A stretch of 64,000 bases of DNA from an uncultured Chloroflexia bacterium (GCA_963718285.1 CAVQYU010000004.1:86838-150837), one strand, 5' to 3'. Positions 45,877 through 59,303 are shown, counted from the first letter of the stretch. Numbers and translations: made by a program. Notes: generated by a model not told the origin, from the letters alone.

Positions 45877-46767
45877 TCAGCGCTGGCAGCCCCGGCAGAA
45901 CGAGGTCACGAAACCGCCCGGGCTGACCTCGCTGATCCTGGTGCCGCACCTGGGACAAGCCTGGCCGCCCTTGTTATGGACCGCCAGAAAGTCCCGGACC
46001 TGGGTCTCGAAGGTCGGCGGGACACGCCGGCGCAGGACCTCGATCGCGTTGGCCAGGGTGGTACCGGTCGCCGCGTGGAGCGCGCTGACCTCTTCCGGCG
46101 CGAGCGTTGCCCGACGGCGGAAGGGCAGCAGCCGGGCAGCGTGCAGGATCTCGTCGCTGTAGGCGTTGCCGATGCCGGCGACGAAGGCCTGGTTCTTGAG
46201 CAGGTTCTTGAGCTCGCCCGGGTGTCGCCGGATGCGTTCCTGCCACACCGCCAGGGTCAGGCCCGGGTCGTCGGCGTCCGGTCCGAGATCGCCGTCGAGG
46301 CCCGGGATCGGCCTCTCGACGCCCTCCGGCACGAGGTAGACCTTGCCCATCTGGGTCGGGTCGCGATAGCGAATCTCGACCAAGTCCTCGTCGCTGGGCA
46401 GCCAGCTGGCGCCCCGGGTCCAGGCCGCCCTGGCGGTTCCGGAGCGGCGGGCGGGCTTGCCGGGCGGGCGCCCGCCGAAGCCCAGCACCAGGGCCGTCTT
46501 GGACGGCAGCTTGGCGCCGGGCGCAGCGAGCTGGAACCGGCCGGTCAGCATGGGGTTGAACACCAGTCGGTCCAGGTCGAGCTCGATCAGGAGGAACTTG
46601 CCGCGCTGGGTGACCGCCTCGACCCGCCGTCCGACGAGCGCCGCCAGTTCGGCCGGCGTCCCTCGGACCGCGAGCGGCGCATGGCTGACGGCCGACTCGA
46701 TCCGGCGGCCGGCCAGGGCCGCCTGGAAGGCTTCGGCTACGATCGTGAGGTCGGGCAATTCAGGCAC
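45877..46767 (-). CDS. mutM: Formamidopyrimidine-DNA glycosylase / Nei-family DNA glycosylase
   Basis: MPELPDLTIVAEAF... (catalytic Pro2/Glu3), H2TH ...KNLLKNQAFVAGIGNAYSDEILHAARLLPF..., C-terminal zinc finger CPRCGTRISEVSPGGFVTSFCRGCQR. Confidence 0.75.
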   Translation of the reverse strand: MPELPDLTIVAEAFQAALAGRRIESAVSHAPLAVRGTPAELAALVGRRVEAVTQRGKFLLIELDLDRLVFNPMLTGRFQLAAPGAKLPSKTALVLGFGGRPPGKPARRSGTARAAWTRGASWLPSDEDLVEIRYRDPTQMGKVYLVPEGVERPIPGLDGDLGPDADDPGLTLAVWQERIRRHPGELKNLLKNQAFVAGIGNAYSDEILHAARLLPFRRRATLAPEEVSALHAATGTTLANAIEVLRRRVPPTFETQVRDFLAVHNKGGQACPRCGTRISEVSPGGFVTSFCRGCQR

Positions 46768-46981
46768 GCGGCCACGATTGTAGGCCGCGAAAATCCTGTG
46801 CTAGACTCTCCCGGCCCACGAGGCAGGACAGCAGAAGATCGTCGCCTGCGGCCATCGATCACGAAGGAGCGAACTGAGGCCCCACCGGACCTGACTCGCG
46901 AAATCGTTCGTCAACGGCTCGAGCGGCGCTCGGGCCGTTCCTGTTTCCCGGGGTAATCCCCGACAAGGAGAAACCACCAAA

Positions 46982-49177
46982 TTGACTGACCAGCAGCAGG
47001 ACGGGCCGGCGCCCGACGTCGAGGCAACCGCCGCGACGCAGCAGGCCGCCGAAGACAGCCCGGCGACGGTCGCCGTTGCCGACGAGCCCGCCAACGAGAC
47101 CGAGACCCCCACAGGCCAGGCACCCGAGGAGGCTGCCCCAGCAGCCACCGCCGCTCCGGCCGATGCCGAGCCGGCAGCCGAGGCTGAGGCGCCCGTCGAG
47201 CCGGCAGCCGACGCTGAGGCACCCGTCGAAGCATCAGCCGAGGCTGAGGCGCCCGCCGCCGCCGAGCCCGAGGCGACGGTCGAAGCGACCGCGGAGGCCG
47301 AGCCTGAATCGGCTCCCCAGAGCGAGGGTTCGGCCGAACGTGCGGCGGAGACCCCAACTGCCGTGGCCAACCCCGACTCGGCCGGATCCAACGGGATCGG
47401 CTCCGATGTTGACGCCGCCGAGCTGGCGGCCGAGCTGGCCGATGCGCCGGCCGCCGCCGACGAGGAGGAGCCGGAGCCCGTCCGCGACCTTGGCCCGGAG
47501 CCGACCACGATGGAGGAGCTGCTCGCCGAGCAGGACTCCGACATCAAGAGCTTCAAGCACGGCGATGTCGTCGAAGGCACGGTCGTCCGGATCGACAAGG
47601 ACGAGATCCTGGTCGACATCGGAGCCAAGAGCGAAGGGGTCGTCTCGAATCGCGAGCTGTACGGCCGGAATGCCGAGAGCTCTCCCCAGCTCGCGATCGG
47701 CGACGTCGTCCTGGTCTACGTCCTCCAGCCCGAATTGCAGGAGGGCCACGTGGTCCTGTCCCTGCGCCGAGCCGGCCTCGAGCGCAAGTGGCGCTCGATG
47801 CAGGAGCAGTTCGAGTCGGGCGTGATCATCGAGGCGCCGGTCATCGACCACAACAAGGGTGGCTTGATCGTCGACTGCGGCATCCGCGGCTTCGTGCCGA
47901 TCAGCCAGATCGTGGACTTCCCGCGCCGGCCCCAGAACGACCAGCCTCGGGACGCCGCCCAGGAGATCGCCGAGAAGCTCCAGCCGTTCGTTGGACGCAA
48001 GCTCCGGTTGAAGATCCTCGAGGTCAATCGCAAGGCCAACCGCCTGATCCTGTCCGAGAAGGTGGCGCTCTACGAGGAGCGCCGCGAGAAGCGCGACGAG
48101 CTGTTCAGCAGCCTCCAGGTTGGCCAGAAGGTCACCGGCTCGGTTCGCTCGATCGCACCCTTCGGCGTGTTCATCGACCTGGGCGGGATCGACGGCCTGG
48201 TCCACAAGAGCGAGCTGTCCTGGAACAAGGTCAACAACCCGGAGTCCGGCTACAAGGTCGGCGAGGAGGTCGAGGCCGAGGTCATCGACATCAACCACGA
48301 GCGTGGCCGGATCAGCCTGTCGATCCGCCGCCTGCAGCCGGACCCGTGGCACTCCACGGTGGCCGACTTCAAGGTCGGCGACATCATCGATGGCACCGTG
48401 ACCAAGCTGGTCAACTTCGGCGCCTTCGTCCGGGTCCGCGACGGGCTCGAAGGCCTGATCCACATCAGCGAGCTGTCCCAGCAGCGGGTCGCCCACCCGG
48501 GTGACGTCGTCCACGAGGGCCAGACGCTCAAGCTCAAGATCATCAGCCTCGACTCCGAGCGGCATCGCCTTGGCCTCAGCCTGAAGCAGGCCGAGGAGGC
48601 CCCGGCCCGGCCGGCTCCGGTCGAGAGCAGTGCCCCAAGCGCAGCGCCGGCCCGCGAAGCCCGGCCCGAGCGGCGGCCCCGGACCGACCGGCCCGAGCGT
48701 GGCTACTCGATGGCCGACGCCGTCCAGGAGCCCGAGGGCGGGATCGACAACACCCTGGCCGCGGCCTTCGCCCAGGTTCGCCAGCAGATGGCGGCGGCCG
48801 AGGCCGAGGACATCGAGTCCACGGTGGTGGCCGACGAGGTTGCCGAAGAGTCGGCTGCGGCCGAGGTCATCAGCGAGATCGTCGAGACCGTCGCTGCCGA
48901 TGAGGCCGAGCTCGAGGCCGCAGCCGGCGAGGAGCTCGACCGGATCGAAGATGCCGCGGCGGCCAACGAGGCCAACGAGGAGCCGGCCGCGGACGCCGAG
49001 GCCGACGTGATCGAGGCCGTGACCGAGGCTGAAGCCGGCGAAGAGCAGGCCGCCTCGGATGCGATCGCCGAGATCGTCGAGACCGTGGCCACCGACGAGG
49101 CCAACGAGGAGGCCGCCGCCTCGGAGGCGATCAAGGAGATCGCGCGCGAGACAATGGAGGCCAACACCGAGGGCTGA
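46982..49177 (+). CDS. rpsA: 30S ribosomal protein S1 (four S1 domains) with ~170-aa acidic N-terminal and ~180-aa acidic C-terminal low-complexity extensions; intact
   Basis: TTG start with a strong SD (AAGGAG) 11 nt upstream. Core FKHGDVVEGTVVRIDKDEILVDIGAKSEGVV...; GFVPISQI...; VGQKVTGSVRSIAPFGVFIDLGGIDGLVHKSELSW...; VGDIIDGTVTKLVNFGAFVRVRDGLEGLIHISEL.... Tails rich in A/E/P/T. Confidence 0.85.
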   Translation: MTDQQQDGPAPDVEATAATQQAAEDSPATVAVADEPANETETPTGQAPEEAAPAATAAPADAEPAAEAEAPVEPAADAEAPVEASAEAEAPAAAEPEATVEATAEAEPESAPQSEGSAERAAETPTAVANPDSAGSNGIGSDVDAAELAAELADAPAAADEEEPEPVRDLGPEPTTMEELLAEQDSDIKSFKHGDVVEGTVVRIDKDEILVDIGAKSEGVVSNRELYGRNAESSPQLAIGDVVLVYVLQPELQEGHVVLSLRRAGLERKWRSMQEQFESGVIIEAPVIDHNKGGLIVDCGIRGFVPISQIVDFPRRPQNDQPRDAAQEIAEKLQPFVGRKLRLKILEVNRKANRLILSEKVALYEERREKRDELFSSLQVGQKVTGSVRSIAPFGVFIDLGGIDGLVHKSELSWNKVNNPESGYKVGEEVEAEVIDINHERGRISLSIRRLQPDPWHSTVADFKVGDIIDGTVTKLVNFGAFVRVRDGLEGLIHISELSQQRVAHPGDVVHEGQTLKLKIISLDSERHRLGLSLKQAEEAPARPAPVESSAPSAAPAREARPERRPRTDRPERGYSMADAVQEPEGGIDNTLAAAFAQVRQQMAAAEAEDIESTVVADEVAEESAAAEVISEIVETVAADEAELEAAAGEELDRIEDAAAANEANEEPAADAEADVIEAVTEAEAGEEQAASDAIAEIVETVATDEANEEAAASEAIKEIARETMEANTEG

Positions 49178-49331
49178 TCGGGCGGGCCGTGCCCGAGACC
49201 GCGCAACCTGACGGCCCGCCGGATCGCCCGGTGGGTCGTTCGATTCGGTGGCTGGGGTCGCGTCCGGCAATCCGCCCGGAGCCTGGACGCGAATGACAGA
49301 CTGCCGCTACCGGGACCGGCGACCGGATCGG

Positions 49332-49364
49332 TTGCGCAGCGTGGTCAAGGTGCTAGCATGACCA
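49332..49364 (+). promoter_or_regulatory. Candidate clpC promoter with overlapping palindrome TGGTCA-N11-TGACCA
   Basis: TTGCGC (49332-37), 16 nt, TAGCAT. Inverted repeat tggtca (49342-47) / tgacca (49359-64) spans the -10. ~50 nt upstream of the clpC ATG. Confidence 0.3.
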
Positions 49365-49412
49365 GACAGGCGTCCCCCGGACGCTCAAACGAGGAACAGG
49401 CGTTCGAACTCG

Positions 49413-51890
<2,478 letters not shown>

Positions 51891-51907
51891 CGGCCGGCAC
51901 CGGGAGG

Positions 51908-53359
51908 ATGGCCAGGGCCCAGAGTCGCTACGTCTGCCAGCAGTGCGGCGAGGCGTACCTGCGCTGGGAGGGCCAGTGCCGCAATTGTGGTGGCTGGAAC
52001 AGCCTCGTCGAGACGCTTGTCCGCGAGCCCTCCAAGGCCAGCCGGGCCAGCCGGCCGGGTGCTGTCGCAGGCGCCAGTTCGGGTCGCGACCAGCCCGAGG
52101 CCTTGGCCCGGGTCACCGACGTCGACCTGCCCCGCCTGTCGGTCGAGCTGCCTGAGCTGGACCGCGTTCTGGGCGGGGGATTGGTGCCCGGCTCGGTCGT
52201 CCTGGTCGGGGGCGAGCCGGGCATCGGCAAGTCCACCCTGCTGCTCCAGGCGGCGGCCGGCGTCGCCCGGTCGGGCTCGGTCCTGTACGCCAGTGGCGAG
52301 GAGTCGGCGGCCCAGGTCCGCCTCCGGGCGACCCGCCTCGGCCTGGTCGACGGCGCGGCCGGCGAGCGGGTCCGGGTCGTTGCCGAGGCGTCGATCGATC
52401 GAATCGTGGACCTCGCCCTGGCCGAACGGCCGAGCCTCCTGATCGTCGACTCGATCCAGACCGCCACCGTCGACGATCTCGACGGCGCGGCCGGTAGCGT
52501 GGGCCAGGTCCGCGAGTCCACCCTGCGCCTGATGGAGCTGGCCAAGAGCGGCGGCCAGAGCGGCCGCCAGGCCGATGGGCGAGCCAACCGGCCGGGGGAC
52601 GACCGGGCGATCGCCGTGGTCGTCGTCGGCCACGTCACCAAGGACGGCTCGCTGGCCGGGCCAAAGACGCTCGAGCACCTCGTCGATGCCGTGATCGGGC
52701 TGGAAGGCGAGCGCTTCGCCACCCTGCGCCTCCTGCGGGCGACGAAGAACCGCTTCGGGTCGACCGAGGAGGTTGGCGTCCTGGAGATGGGCGAGCTCGG
52801 CCTGTCGGCCCTGGGCGATCCCGCCCGGGCGTTCCTGACCGAGCACGACGGGAGCGCCTCGGGGAGTGTCGTCGCGCCGACCCTCGAAGGCTCGCGGCCG
52901 CTCATGGTCGAGGTCCAGGCCCTGACCGCCTCGACCGCCTACGGCACGCCCCGCCGGACCGCCAGCGGGATCGACCAGAACCGACTGGCCCTGCTCGTGG
53001 CCGTCCTCGGCCGGCGGGCCGGGATCGGCCTGGGCAGCCACGACGTCTACGCCAACCTGGCCGGCGGCCTGGCCCTCGACGAGCCAGCCCTCGACCTGCC
53101 CGTCGCCCTTGCCCTGGCCAGCTCGTTCCGGGATCGTCCGGTGCGCCCGGGCACCGTCGCGATCGGCGAGGTCGGCCTGCTCGGCGAGCTGCGCTCGGTT
53201 GTCGGCCTGGAGCGGCGCCTGCGCGAGGCCGCCCGGCTCGGCTTCGATCGGGCGATCGTGCCCCGGCCGGGCCGGGCCGGCTCGATCCCCCCGATCGACG
53301 GCCTGGAGGTCGTGGCCGTGGCCACCCTGCGCGAGGCTGTCGAGCGCGCCCTCGCCTGA
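51908..53359 (+). CDS. radA: DNA repair protein RadA (Sms), intact
   Basis: YVCQQCGEAYLRWEGQCRNCGGWNSL (zinc finger), GGEPGIGKSTLLLQAA (Walker A), RATKNRFG (KNRFG motif), Lon-like C-terminal. Confidence 0.9.
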   Translation: MARAQSRYVCQQCGEAYLRWEGQCRNCGGWNSLVETLVREPSKASRASRPGAVAGASSGRDQPEALARVTDVDLPRLSVELPELDRVLGGGLVPGSVVLVGGEPGIGKSTLLLQAAAGVARSGSVLYASGEESAAQVRLRATRLGLVDGAAGERVRVVAEASIDRIVDLALAERPSLLIVDSIQTATVDDLDGAAGSVGQVRESTLRLMELAKSGGQSGRQADGRANRPGDDRAIAVVVVGHVTKDGSLAGPKTLEHLVDAVIGLEGERFATLRLLRATKNRFGSTEEVGVLEMGELGLSALGDPARAFLTEHDGSASGSVVAPTLEGSRPLMVEVQALTASTAYGTPRRTASGIDQNRLALLVAVLGRRAGIGLGSHDVYANLAGGLALDEPALDLPVALALASSFRDRPVRPGTVAIGEVGLLGELRSVVGLERRLREAARLGFDRAIVPRPGRAGSIPPIDGLEVVAVATLREAVERALA

Positions 53360-53471
53360 CGATTCGAACCGGACGATGGCCGGCCGGCGATGCTAGGCTG
53401 ACCGCTCGTCGGGGCTCGCACCCGGGTCTGGCCACGTTCGGCCGTTTGCCCGCAGCACCTCTTGAGGGACC

Positions 53472-54533
53472 GTGATCCGCATCATTCGCCTGCTGGGCGC
53501 TGCGCTCGGCGCGTTCATCGGGCTCGGCCTGGCGACCGCGAGCGGCCTGTTCCAGGAGACCGGCAGCTCCTACGGCCTGATCCTGGCCGCCTGGACGGTC
53601 GCCTGGCTCATCGTCGGCTTCGCCATCCTGCCCTACCTCACGATCGTGCCGGCGACCTGGATCGTGCGCAGCGTCCAGGCCCTGTCCACGGCCGAGTTCG
53701 TGACGGCCGTGGTCGGCCTGCTCATCGGCCTGCTGATGGGCCTCCTGCTGGGCGCCCCGCTCTCGAACTTTCCCGATCCGCTGGGCCGCTGGCTGCCCCT
53801 GGCGACGTCCATCGGCTTCGGCCTGGGGATGGTCGGCCTGACAGTCGCCAAGCGCCAGGACCTGATCGTGGCGGCCGAGGCGATCGGGGTCTTCCGGCGG
53901 CCCGAGGTGGCCGATGCGGCGGCGATTCGCAAGGGCGACCCGCACATCATCGTGGACACCAGCGCGATCATCGACGGCCGGATCAAGGAGATCGTCGAAT
54001 CCGGGTTCATCTACGGCACCCTGGTCGTTCCGCGTTTCGTCCTCGAGGAGCTCCAGCACATCGCCGACAGCTCCGACACCCTGCGCCGCAATCGAGGCCG
54101 GCGAGGCCTCGAGATCCTGGCCCAGATGCAGAAGGACTCGCCGACCCCCGTGGAGATCGTCGAGGATGAGGTCCGCGATGTGACCGAGGTCGATGCCAAG
54201 CTGGTCGCCCTGGCCAAGCGCTACAGCGGAGCGATCCTGACCAACGACTTCAACCTCAACCGGGTGGCCGAGCTGCAGGGCCTGCGGGTCCTCAACATCA
54301 ACTCCTTGGCCAACGCGGTCAAGCCGGCCGTGCTGCCCGGCGAAGGCCTCCACGTCAAGGTGATCCAGGACGGCAAGGAAGCCGGCCAGGGGGTGGGCTT
54401 CCTCGACGACGGCACGATGATCGTGGTCGAGGGCGGCGCCCGGTTCATCGACCGTGAGCTCGAGGTGACGGTCACCCGCGTCCTCCAGACGGTGGCCGGG
54501 CGGATGGTCTTCGCCCAGCCGCGCACCGAGTGA
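53472..54533 (+). CDS. PIN/TRAM-domain membrane protein (YacL-like)
   Basis: N-terminal TM helices ([20 protein letters not shown]...), PIN region [42 protein letters not shown]..., C-terminal TRAM-like [33 protein letters not shown]. Sits between radA and ispDF, as yacL does in Bacillus. Confidence 0.7.
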   Translation: MIRIIRLLGAALGAFIGLGLATASGLFQETGSSYGLILAAWTVAWLIVGFAILPYLTIVPATWIVRSVQALSTAEFVTAVVGLLIGLLMGLLLGAPLSNFPDPLGRWLPLATSIGFGLGMVGLTVAKRQDLIVAAEAIGVFRRPEVADAAAIRKGDPHIIVDTSAIIDGRIKEIVESGFIYGTLVVPRFVLEELQHIADSSDTLRRNRGRRGLEILAQMQKDSPTPVEIVEDEVRDVTEVDAKLVALAKRYSGAILTNDFNLNRVAELQGLRVLNINSLANAVKPAVLPGEGLHVKVIQDGKEAGQGVGFLDDGTMIVVEGGARFIDRELEVTVTRVLQTVAGRMVFAQPRTE

Positions 54534-55792
54534 CCCCGGCGGCCGGTCCGCCCCAACCCGGCAGCGTCGATGTCGTGGTGGTGGCGGCCGGAGCCAGCCG
54601 GCGGATGTCCGGCCGGGACAAGCTGGCCGCGGTCATCGGTGGTCGGCCGCTCCTGGCCTGGACGCTCGAGCGCCTGGCCGCCGCGGCCGAGGTTGGCCGG
54701 ATCGTCGTCGTGACTTCGACCGAGCGGCTCCCGGACCTGCGCCTGGCGGCCTGGCTGCCGGCCTCGGTCGTGGACGTGGTGGCCGGGGGAGCCCGACGCC
54801 AGGAATTGGTCGCGGCCGGCGTCGAGCGTCTCGCCCGCGAAGCCGGCGGGACGGCCCCGGATCGGCTGATCCTGGTCCACGACGGGGCCCGCCCGCTGAT
54901 CTCGACCGAGCTGGTCGCTGCGGTGGCCGAAGCCACCCGCCGGCATGGGGCGGCGATCCCCGTCCTGGCCCTGGCCGAGACGGTCAAGCGGATCGCCGGT
55001 GACGACGTGGTCGAGACCGTCGACCGGACCGGCCTGGCCACCGCCCAGACGCCGCAGGGCATCAGGCGCGATCTGCTCGAGCGCGCCTGGGCCTCCTTTC
55101 CGGCCGCCGGCCCGAGGACGTTCACCGATGAGGCCAGCCTCCTGGAGGCTTGTAGAATCCCGGTCCATGCCGTCCCAGGCGACCCCGTGAACATCAAGGT
55201 GACCGTGCCCGAGGATCTCGGCCGGGCGGCCGCCGCATTGCTCGGGAAGGGGGCGCCGGCAGGCGCCGGCCGGCCGGCCATCCGGGTCGGCTTCGGGTCC
55301 GATGAGCATCCGTTCGGGCCGGGCCGTTCGCTGGCCCTGGCTGGGATCACGATCTCCGGCAGCCCCTCGCTGCACGGCCACTCGGACGGCGACGTCGCCC
55401 TTCACGCAATCGCCGACGCCCTGCTTGGCGCGTGCGGGCTGGGCGATCTCGGGCGGCTGTTCCCGGCCGGTCCGGAGACGCCCCGCGGCGCGGCCAGCGG
55501 GCCGATGCTCGGCACGGTCCTCGAGCGGGTCCGCGCGGCCGGCTATGCGCCGACTTCGCTCGACCTGACGATCGTGGCGGCCCGGCCGCGCCTCGCCGAG
55601 CACCTCGACGCGATGCGCCTGGCCGTTGCCGAGCTGGTCGGGCTGGCGCCGGCGCGGGTCAACGTCAAGGCCTCGAGCGGCAACCTCGAGGGCTGGCAGG
55701 GCGCGGGCCGGGGGATCAGCGCGACGGCCGTGGCCGTGGTCGAGGCCGTGGTCGAGGCTGTGCCCGAGGCTTTCGTCGAGGCCGGGCCGTGA
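54530..55792 (+). CDS. ispDF: Bifunctional IspD/IspF (MEP cytidylyltransferase / MEcPP synthase), intact
   Basis: IspD: [22 protein letters not shown]...[16 protein letters not shown]...[10 protein letters not shown]. IspF: [11 protein letters not shown]...[30 protein letters not shown]. Confidence 0.85.
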   Translation: MTPAAGPPQPGSVDVVVVAAGASRRMSGRDKLAAVIGGRPLLAWTLERLAAAAEVGRIVVVTSTERLPDLRLAAWLPASVVDVVAGGARRQELVAAGVERLAREAGGTAPDRLILVHDGARPLISTELVAAVAEATRRHGAAIPVLALAETVKRIAGDDVVETVDRTGLATAQTPQGIRRDLLERAWASFPAAGPRTFTDEASLLEACRIPVHAVPGDPVNIKVTVPEDLGRAAAALLGKGAPAGAGRPAIRVGFGSDEHPFGPGRSLALAGITISGSPSLHGHSDGDVALHAIADALLGACGLGDLGRLFPAGPETPRGAASGPMLGTVLERVRAAGYAPTSLDLTIVAARPRLAEHLDAMRLAVAELVGLAPARVNVKASSGNLEGWQGAGRGISATAVAVVEAVVEAVPEAFVEAGP

Positions 55793-57198
55793 TCAACCTG
55801 CTCGACACGCTGACCGGCCAGAAACGAGAGCTCGTGCCCCTTGAGCCCGGTCACGTCCGGATCTACTCCTGCGGGCCAACGGTCTACGGTCCGGCCCACA
55901 TCGGCAACTTCCGCTCGTTCCTGTTCGCCGACCTGCTCGTGCGCTACCTGCGCTACCGCGGCCTGCGCGTCACCTGGGTGATGAACATCACCGACATCGA
56001 CGACAAGATCATTCGCGGCGCGGCAGCCCAGGGGATCTCGATCGGCCAGCTGACCGGGCGTTGGACCGACCGATTCCTGGCCGATGCCGCAGCGCTCCGG
56101 ATGACCCCGCCAGAAGTTCTGCCGCGGGCAACCGAGCACATTCCCGAGATCACCGCCCTGATCGAGACGCTGATCGCGGGCGGCCATGCCTACCGGGCCG
56201 ACGACGGCTCGATCTTCTTCCGGATCGCCTCCTGGCCGACCTACGGCCGGCTCGCCCGCCTGGACCCGGACCAGCTCCGGGTGGGCGAGCGGGTCGAAGC
56301 CGACGAGTACGCCAAGGACGACATCCGGGACTTCGCCTTGTGGAAGGGTCCCAAGCCGGGCGAGCCGGTCTATGCCACCTCGATCGGCGAAGGAAGGCCG
56401 GGCTGGCATATCGAATGCTCGGCGATGAGCATGAAACACCTCGGCCCGTCCTTCGACATCCACACCGGGGCGGTCGACCTGATCTTCCCCCACCACGAAG
56501 ACGAGCTGGCCCAGAGCGAGGCGGCGACCGGGCTGCCCTTCGTCCAGACCTGGCTGCACTGCGCCCATCTCCAGATGGCCGGCTCGAAGATGGCCAAGTC
56601 GACCGGCAACATCGAGCGGGTCGGGGACCTGCTCGAGCGGGGCGTGTCGGCCCGGGCCCTGCGCTACGTCCTGATCTCGGTTCATTACCGGGCCGCCCTG
56701 AACTACACGGAGGCGTCGCTGGGGGCGGCCGGATCGGCCCTCGATCGCCTCGACGCCCTGCTGGCGGCCCTGGCCTCGTACCACGAGGACCGGCCGGATG
56801 ACGCGGGCTTGGTCGAGCTCGTCGACTCCACCCGGGCCGGCTTCGAGCGGGCGCTCGACGACGACCTGAACATCGCTCCGGCGCTGGGCGTGGTGTTCGA
56901 TTTCATCCGCGAAGTGAATCGCCGAATCGACGGCCGGGCTCTGTCCACCGTCGACGCCGCAACCGTGACATCCTTCCTGCACGATCTCGATCGCGTCCTC
57001 GGGATCGGGCCGGACCTCGTCGACGAGGGGATCGAGCCCGAGATCGAGGCGCTCCTGGCGGCCCGGACGGCGGCTCGGACCGCTCGCCAATGGGCGGAGT
57101 CGGATCGCCTCCGGGATGAGCTCGCCGCGCGCGGGGTTGTCGTCGAGGACACGCGCGACGGCCAGCGATGGCGTCGACTGGAGGCAACCCATGGCTGA
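55789..57198 (+). CDS. cysS: Cysteinyl-tRNA synthetase, intact
   Basis: VINLLDTL...VRIYSCGPTVYGPAHIGNFRSFLFADLLVRYLRYRGLRVTWVMNITDIDDKI... (HIGN), GWHIECSAMS, KMAKSTGN (KMSKS). GTGA overlap with the ispDF stop. Confidence 0.9.
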   Translation: MINLLDTLTGQKRELVPLEPGHVRIYSCGPTVYGPAHIGNFRSFLFADLLVRYLRYRGLRVTWVMNITDIDDKIIRGAAAQGISIGQLTGRWTDRFLADAAALRMTPPEVLPRATEHIPEITALIETLIAGGHAYRADDGSIFFRIASWPTYGRLARLDPDQLRVGERVEADEYAKDDIRDFALWKGPKPGEPVYATSIGEGRPGWHIECSAMSMKHLGPSFDIHTGAVDLIFPHHEDELAQSEAATGLPFVQTWLHCAHLQMAGSKMAKSTGNIERVGDLLERGVSARALRYVLISVHYRAALNYTEASLGAAGSALDRLDALLAALASYHEDRPDDAGLVELVDSTRAGFERALDDDLNIAPALGVVFDFIREVNRRIDGRALSTVDAATVTSFLHDLDRVLGIGPDLVDEGIEPEIEALLAARTAARTARQWAESDRLRDELAARGVVVEDTRDGQRWRRLEATHG

Positions 57199-59303
57199 CG
57201 GCGAGAGCTCGAGTCCCCGCCCCAAACGAGTCAAGCCTGACCGGCCCCGACCGGCCGGGGGATCGGGCCGGCCGGCATCCGGAGGTTCGCGCGGCGGCGG
57301 ACCGCGCGCTGGCGGTTCCCGTCCCGGCGGGCCCCGTCCGGGCGGCTCCGGTTTCGGCGGCCAGCGGAGCGGCGGCGGTCGCCCGGAGGCGGGTCAGCGT
57401 CCCGAAGGCCAGCGTCCGGGCCGTCCCGGTCCGGCGATTCCGCGCGGGCCGGGCGGCCGACCAGGCTTCGTCCGTCCCGATTTCGCCCGTCCGGATTTCG
57501 ATCGACCCGCCTTCGACCGTTCGGGCCAGGATCGCTCCGGCCCCGATCGGTCCCCATCCGACCGGGGAGGAGATCGCCCGCGCTTCGATCGGCCCAGGTT
57601 CGAAGGTCCGAGGTCCGACAGTCCGAGATTCGAACGTCCTCGTCCGGCCCGTTCAGGCTTTGGCTTCCAGGGTGGCTCAGGCCGGCCCGAGCGGTCCGGG
57701 CCAGAGCACGGCCGCCCGACCGGCTCTCCCGATCGCCCCCGCCACTCTGGGCCGCCCGACCGGTCCCCGGATCGATCGACGGAGCGGGCCGGCAGGCCAT
57801 TTGGGCGACCCGACGCGGTCCGGGAACGGATCTTCGATCGGGCCGCCGCCCCATTCGACGGTCCGCCGCATGGTCCAGGACCTTCGGGTCGGCCCGTTGG
57901 CCGGCCATCGGGTCCCCGGCCGCCGTTCCAGCGCGCCGCTGGTCCCGGCCGCGACCTTCCGCCCGGGCCGCGTCCCGCGCCGAGCCGATCATTCGGCCGG
58001 CCCGACCGGCCCAATCAGCCATGGGCCGAACGCGCCCGGCCGGCTGCCTTCAACCGACCGGTTCTGGCGCCGGCCGAAGCCGGTTTGGTCGAGGCGGGTG
58101 ACGAGATCGTGGCCGGCCGCCGGCCCGTCGAGGAGGCCTTCGTCGCCCGCCGCGAAGCACGCCGGCTGCTGGTTGTGCCCCAGCGCCGCGATGCGCTCGA
58201 GAAGCTCGTCCTGCACGCCACCAGCCTGCGCATCCCGATCGTCGAGGTCGAGGGCGGGTCCCTGACCGGGCTGACCGGCTTCGATGGCCATCAGGGCATC
58301 GCCCTCGTCGTGGCCCCGCGCCGTTACGCCACGGTTGCCGACATCCTGGCCCGGGCGGTCGAGCGCTCCGAGCCGCCGTTCGTGCTCGTCCTCGACTCGC
58401 TCGAGGATCCCCAGAACGTGGGCACCCTGTTGCGCAGCGCCGAGGCGGCCGGCGCCCACGGCGTCCTCTTCCCGACCCATCGCCAGGCGCCCCTCACCCC
58501 GGCCGCGGTCAAGGCCTCGGCCGGGGCCGTGGAGCACCTCCTGCTGGCCCCGGTCGATGACCTGGCCGGCGCTCTGGCCGACCTCCACGTGGCCGGGCTG
58601 CGGGTCGTCGGGGCCGAGGCGGACGCCCCGCTGACCGTGCGCGAGGCCGACCTGCGTGGTCCGATCGCCCTGGTCGTCGGCAGCGAAGGCCAGGGCCTCG
58701 GCCCGGCCGTCCGGCGCCGCTGCGACCTGATGGTCAGGATCCCGATGCGTGGCGCGATCGGCTCGCTCAACGCCTCGGTGGCCGGCTCGATCCTGCTGTT
58801 CGAGGCGACGACCCAGCGGGTCGGCCTGGGGACGGGGCCCGTTCCGGCGGCGTCGCCCGCGGCAGAGGCGTCGGTCGCCGAGGAGCCGGCCGAGGAGGCG
58901 CAAGGCGCGGAGCCCAAGCCGGCCAAGGCTGCCAGGGTCACCCGGCCGAAGTCCGCGAAGGCGGAAGAACCGGCCAGCCCCAAGGTGGCTACCGCCAAGG
59001 TGACGGCCGCCAAGCCGGACGGGCCAAAGGTTGCCAAGGCCGCCAAACCGATCAGCGCCAAGGCCGCTGCCGCCAAGACGCCGAAACCGGCCAAGGCGAC
59101 AGCGGCCAGCGCAGCCAAGGCCAGCGCAGCCAAGACCGCGGCCAAGCTCAGCCAAACTCGTCAAGGCGGCCAAACCCGCCAGCGCAGCCAAACCCGTTAA
59201 GGCGGCCAAACCCGCCAAGGCGGCCAAGGTGGGCCGGACGGCCAAGCAACCCAGGCACAAGGCCGCCGTCGCCACCGACTCGGGCGACGAGCTGCTCCCC
59301 TGA
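57191..59303 (+). CDS. rlmB: SpoU/TrmH-family RNA 2'-O-methyltransferase (RlmB-like) flanked by a ~330-aa Arg/Gly/Pro/Asp-rich disordered N-region and a Lys/Ala/Pro-rich C-terminal tail; probable frameshift near 59150
   Basis: ATGGCTGA overlap with the cysS stop. N-region ...RPDFARPDFDRPAFDRSGQDRSGPDRSPSDRGGDRPRFDRPRFEGPRSDSPRFERP.... Core VVAGRRPVEEAF...LEDPQNVGTLLRSAEAAGAHGVLFP...ALVVGSEGQGLGPAVRRRCDLMVRIPMRGAIGSLNASVAGSILLFE. Tail ...AKPDGPKVAKAAKPISAKAAAAKTPKPAKA.... Confidence 0.7.

Noticed and set aside
49330-49412. CtsR operator (tandem GGTCAAA heptads) expected upstream of clpC.
   Set aside because: Only an inverted repeat TGGTCA-N11-TGACCA is present, with no direct-repeat heptads and no ctsR gene upstream. 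It is reported as a candidate operator of unknown regulator instead.
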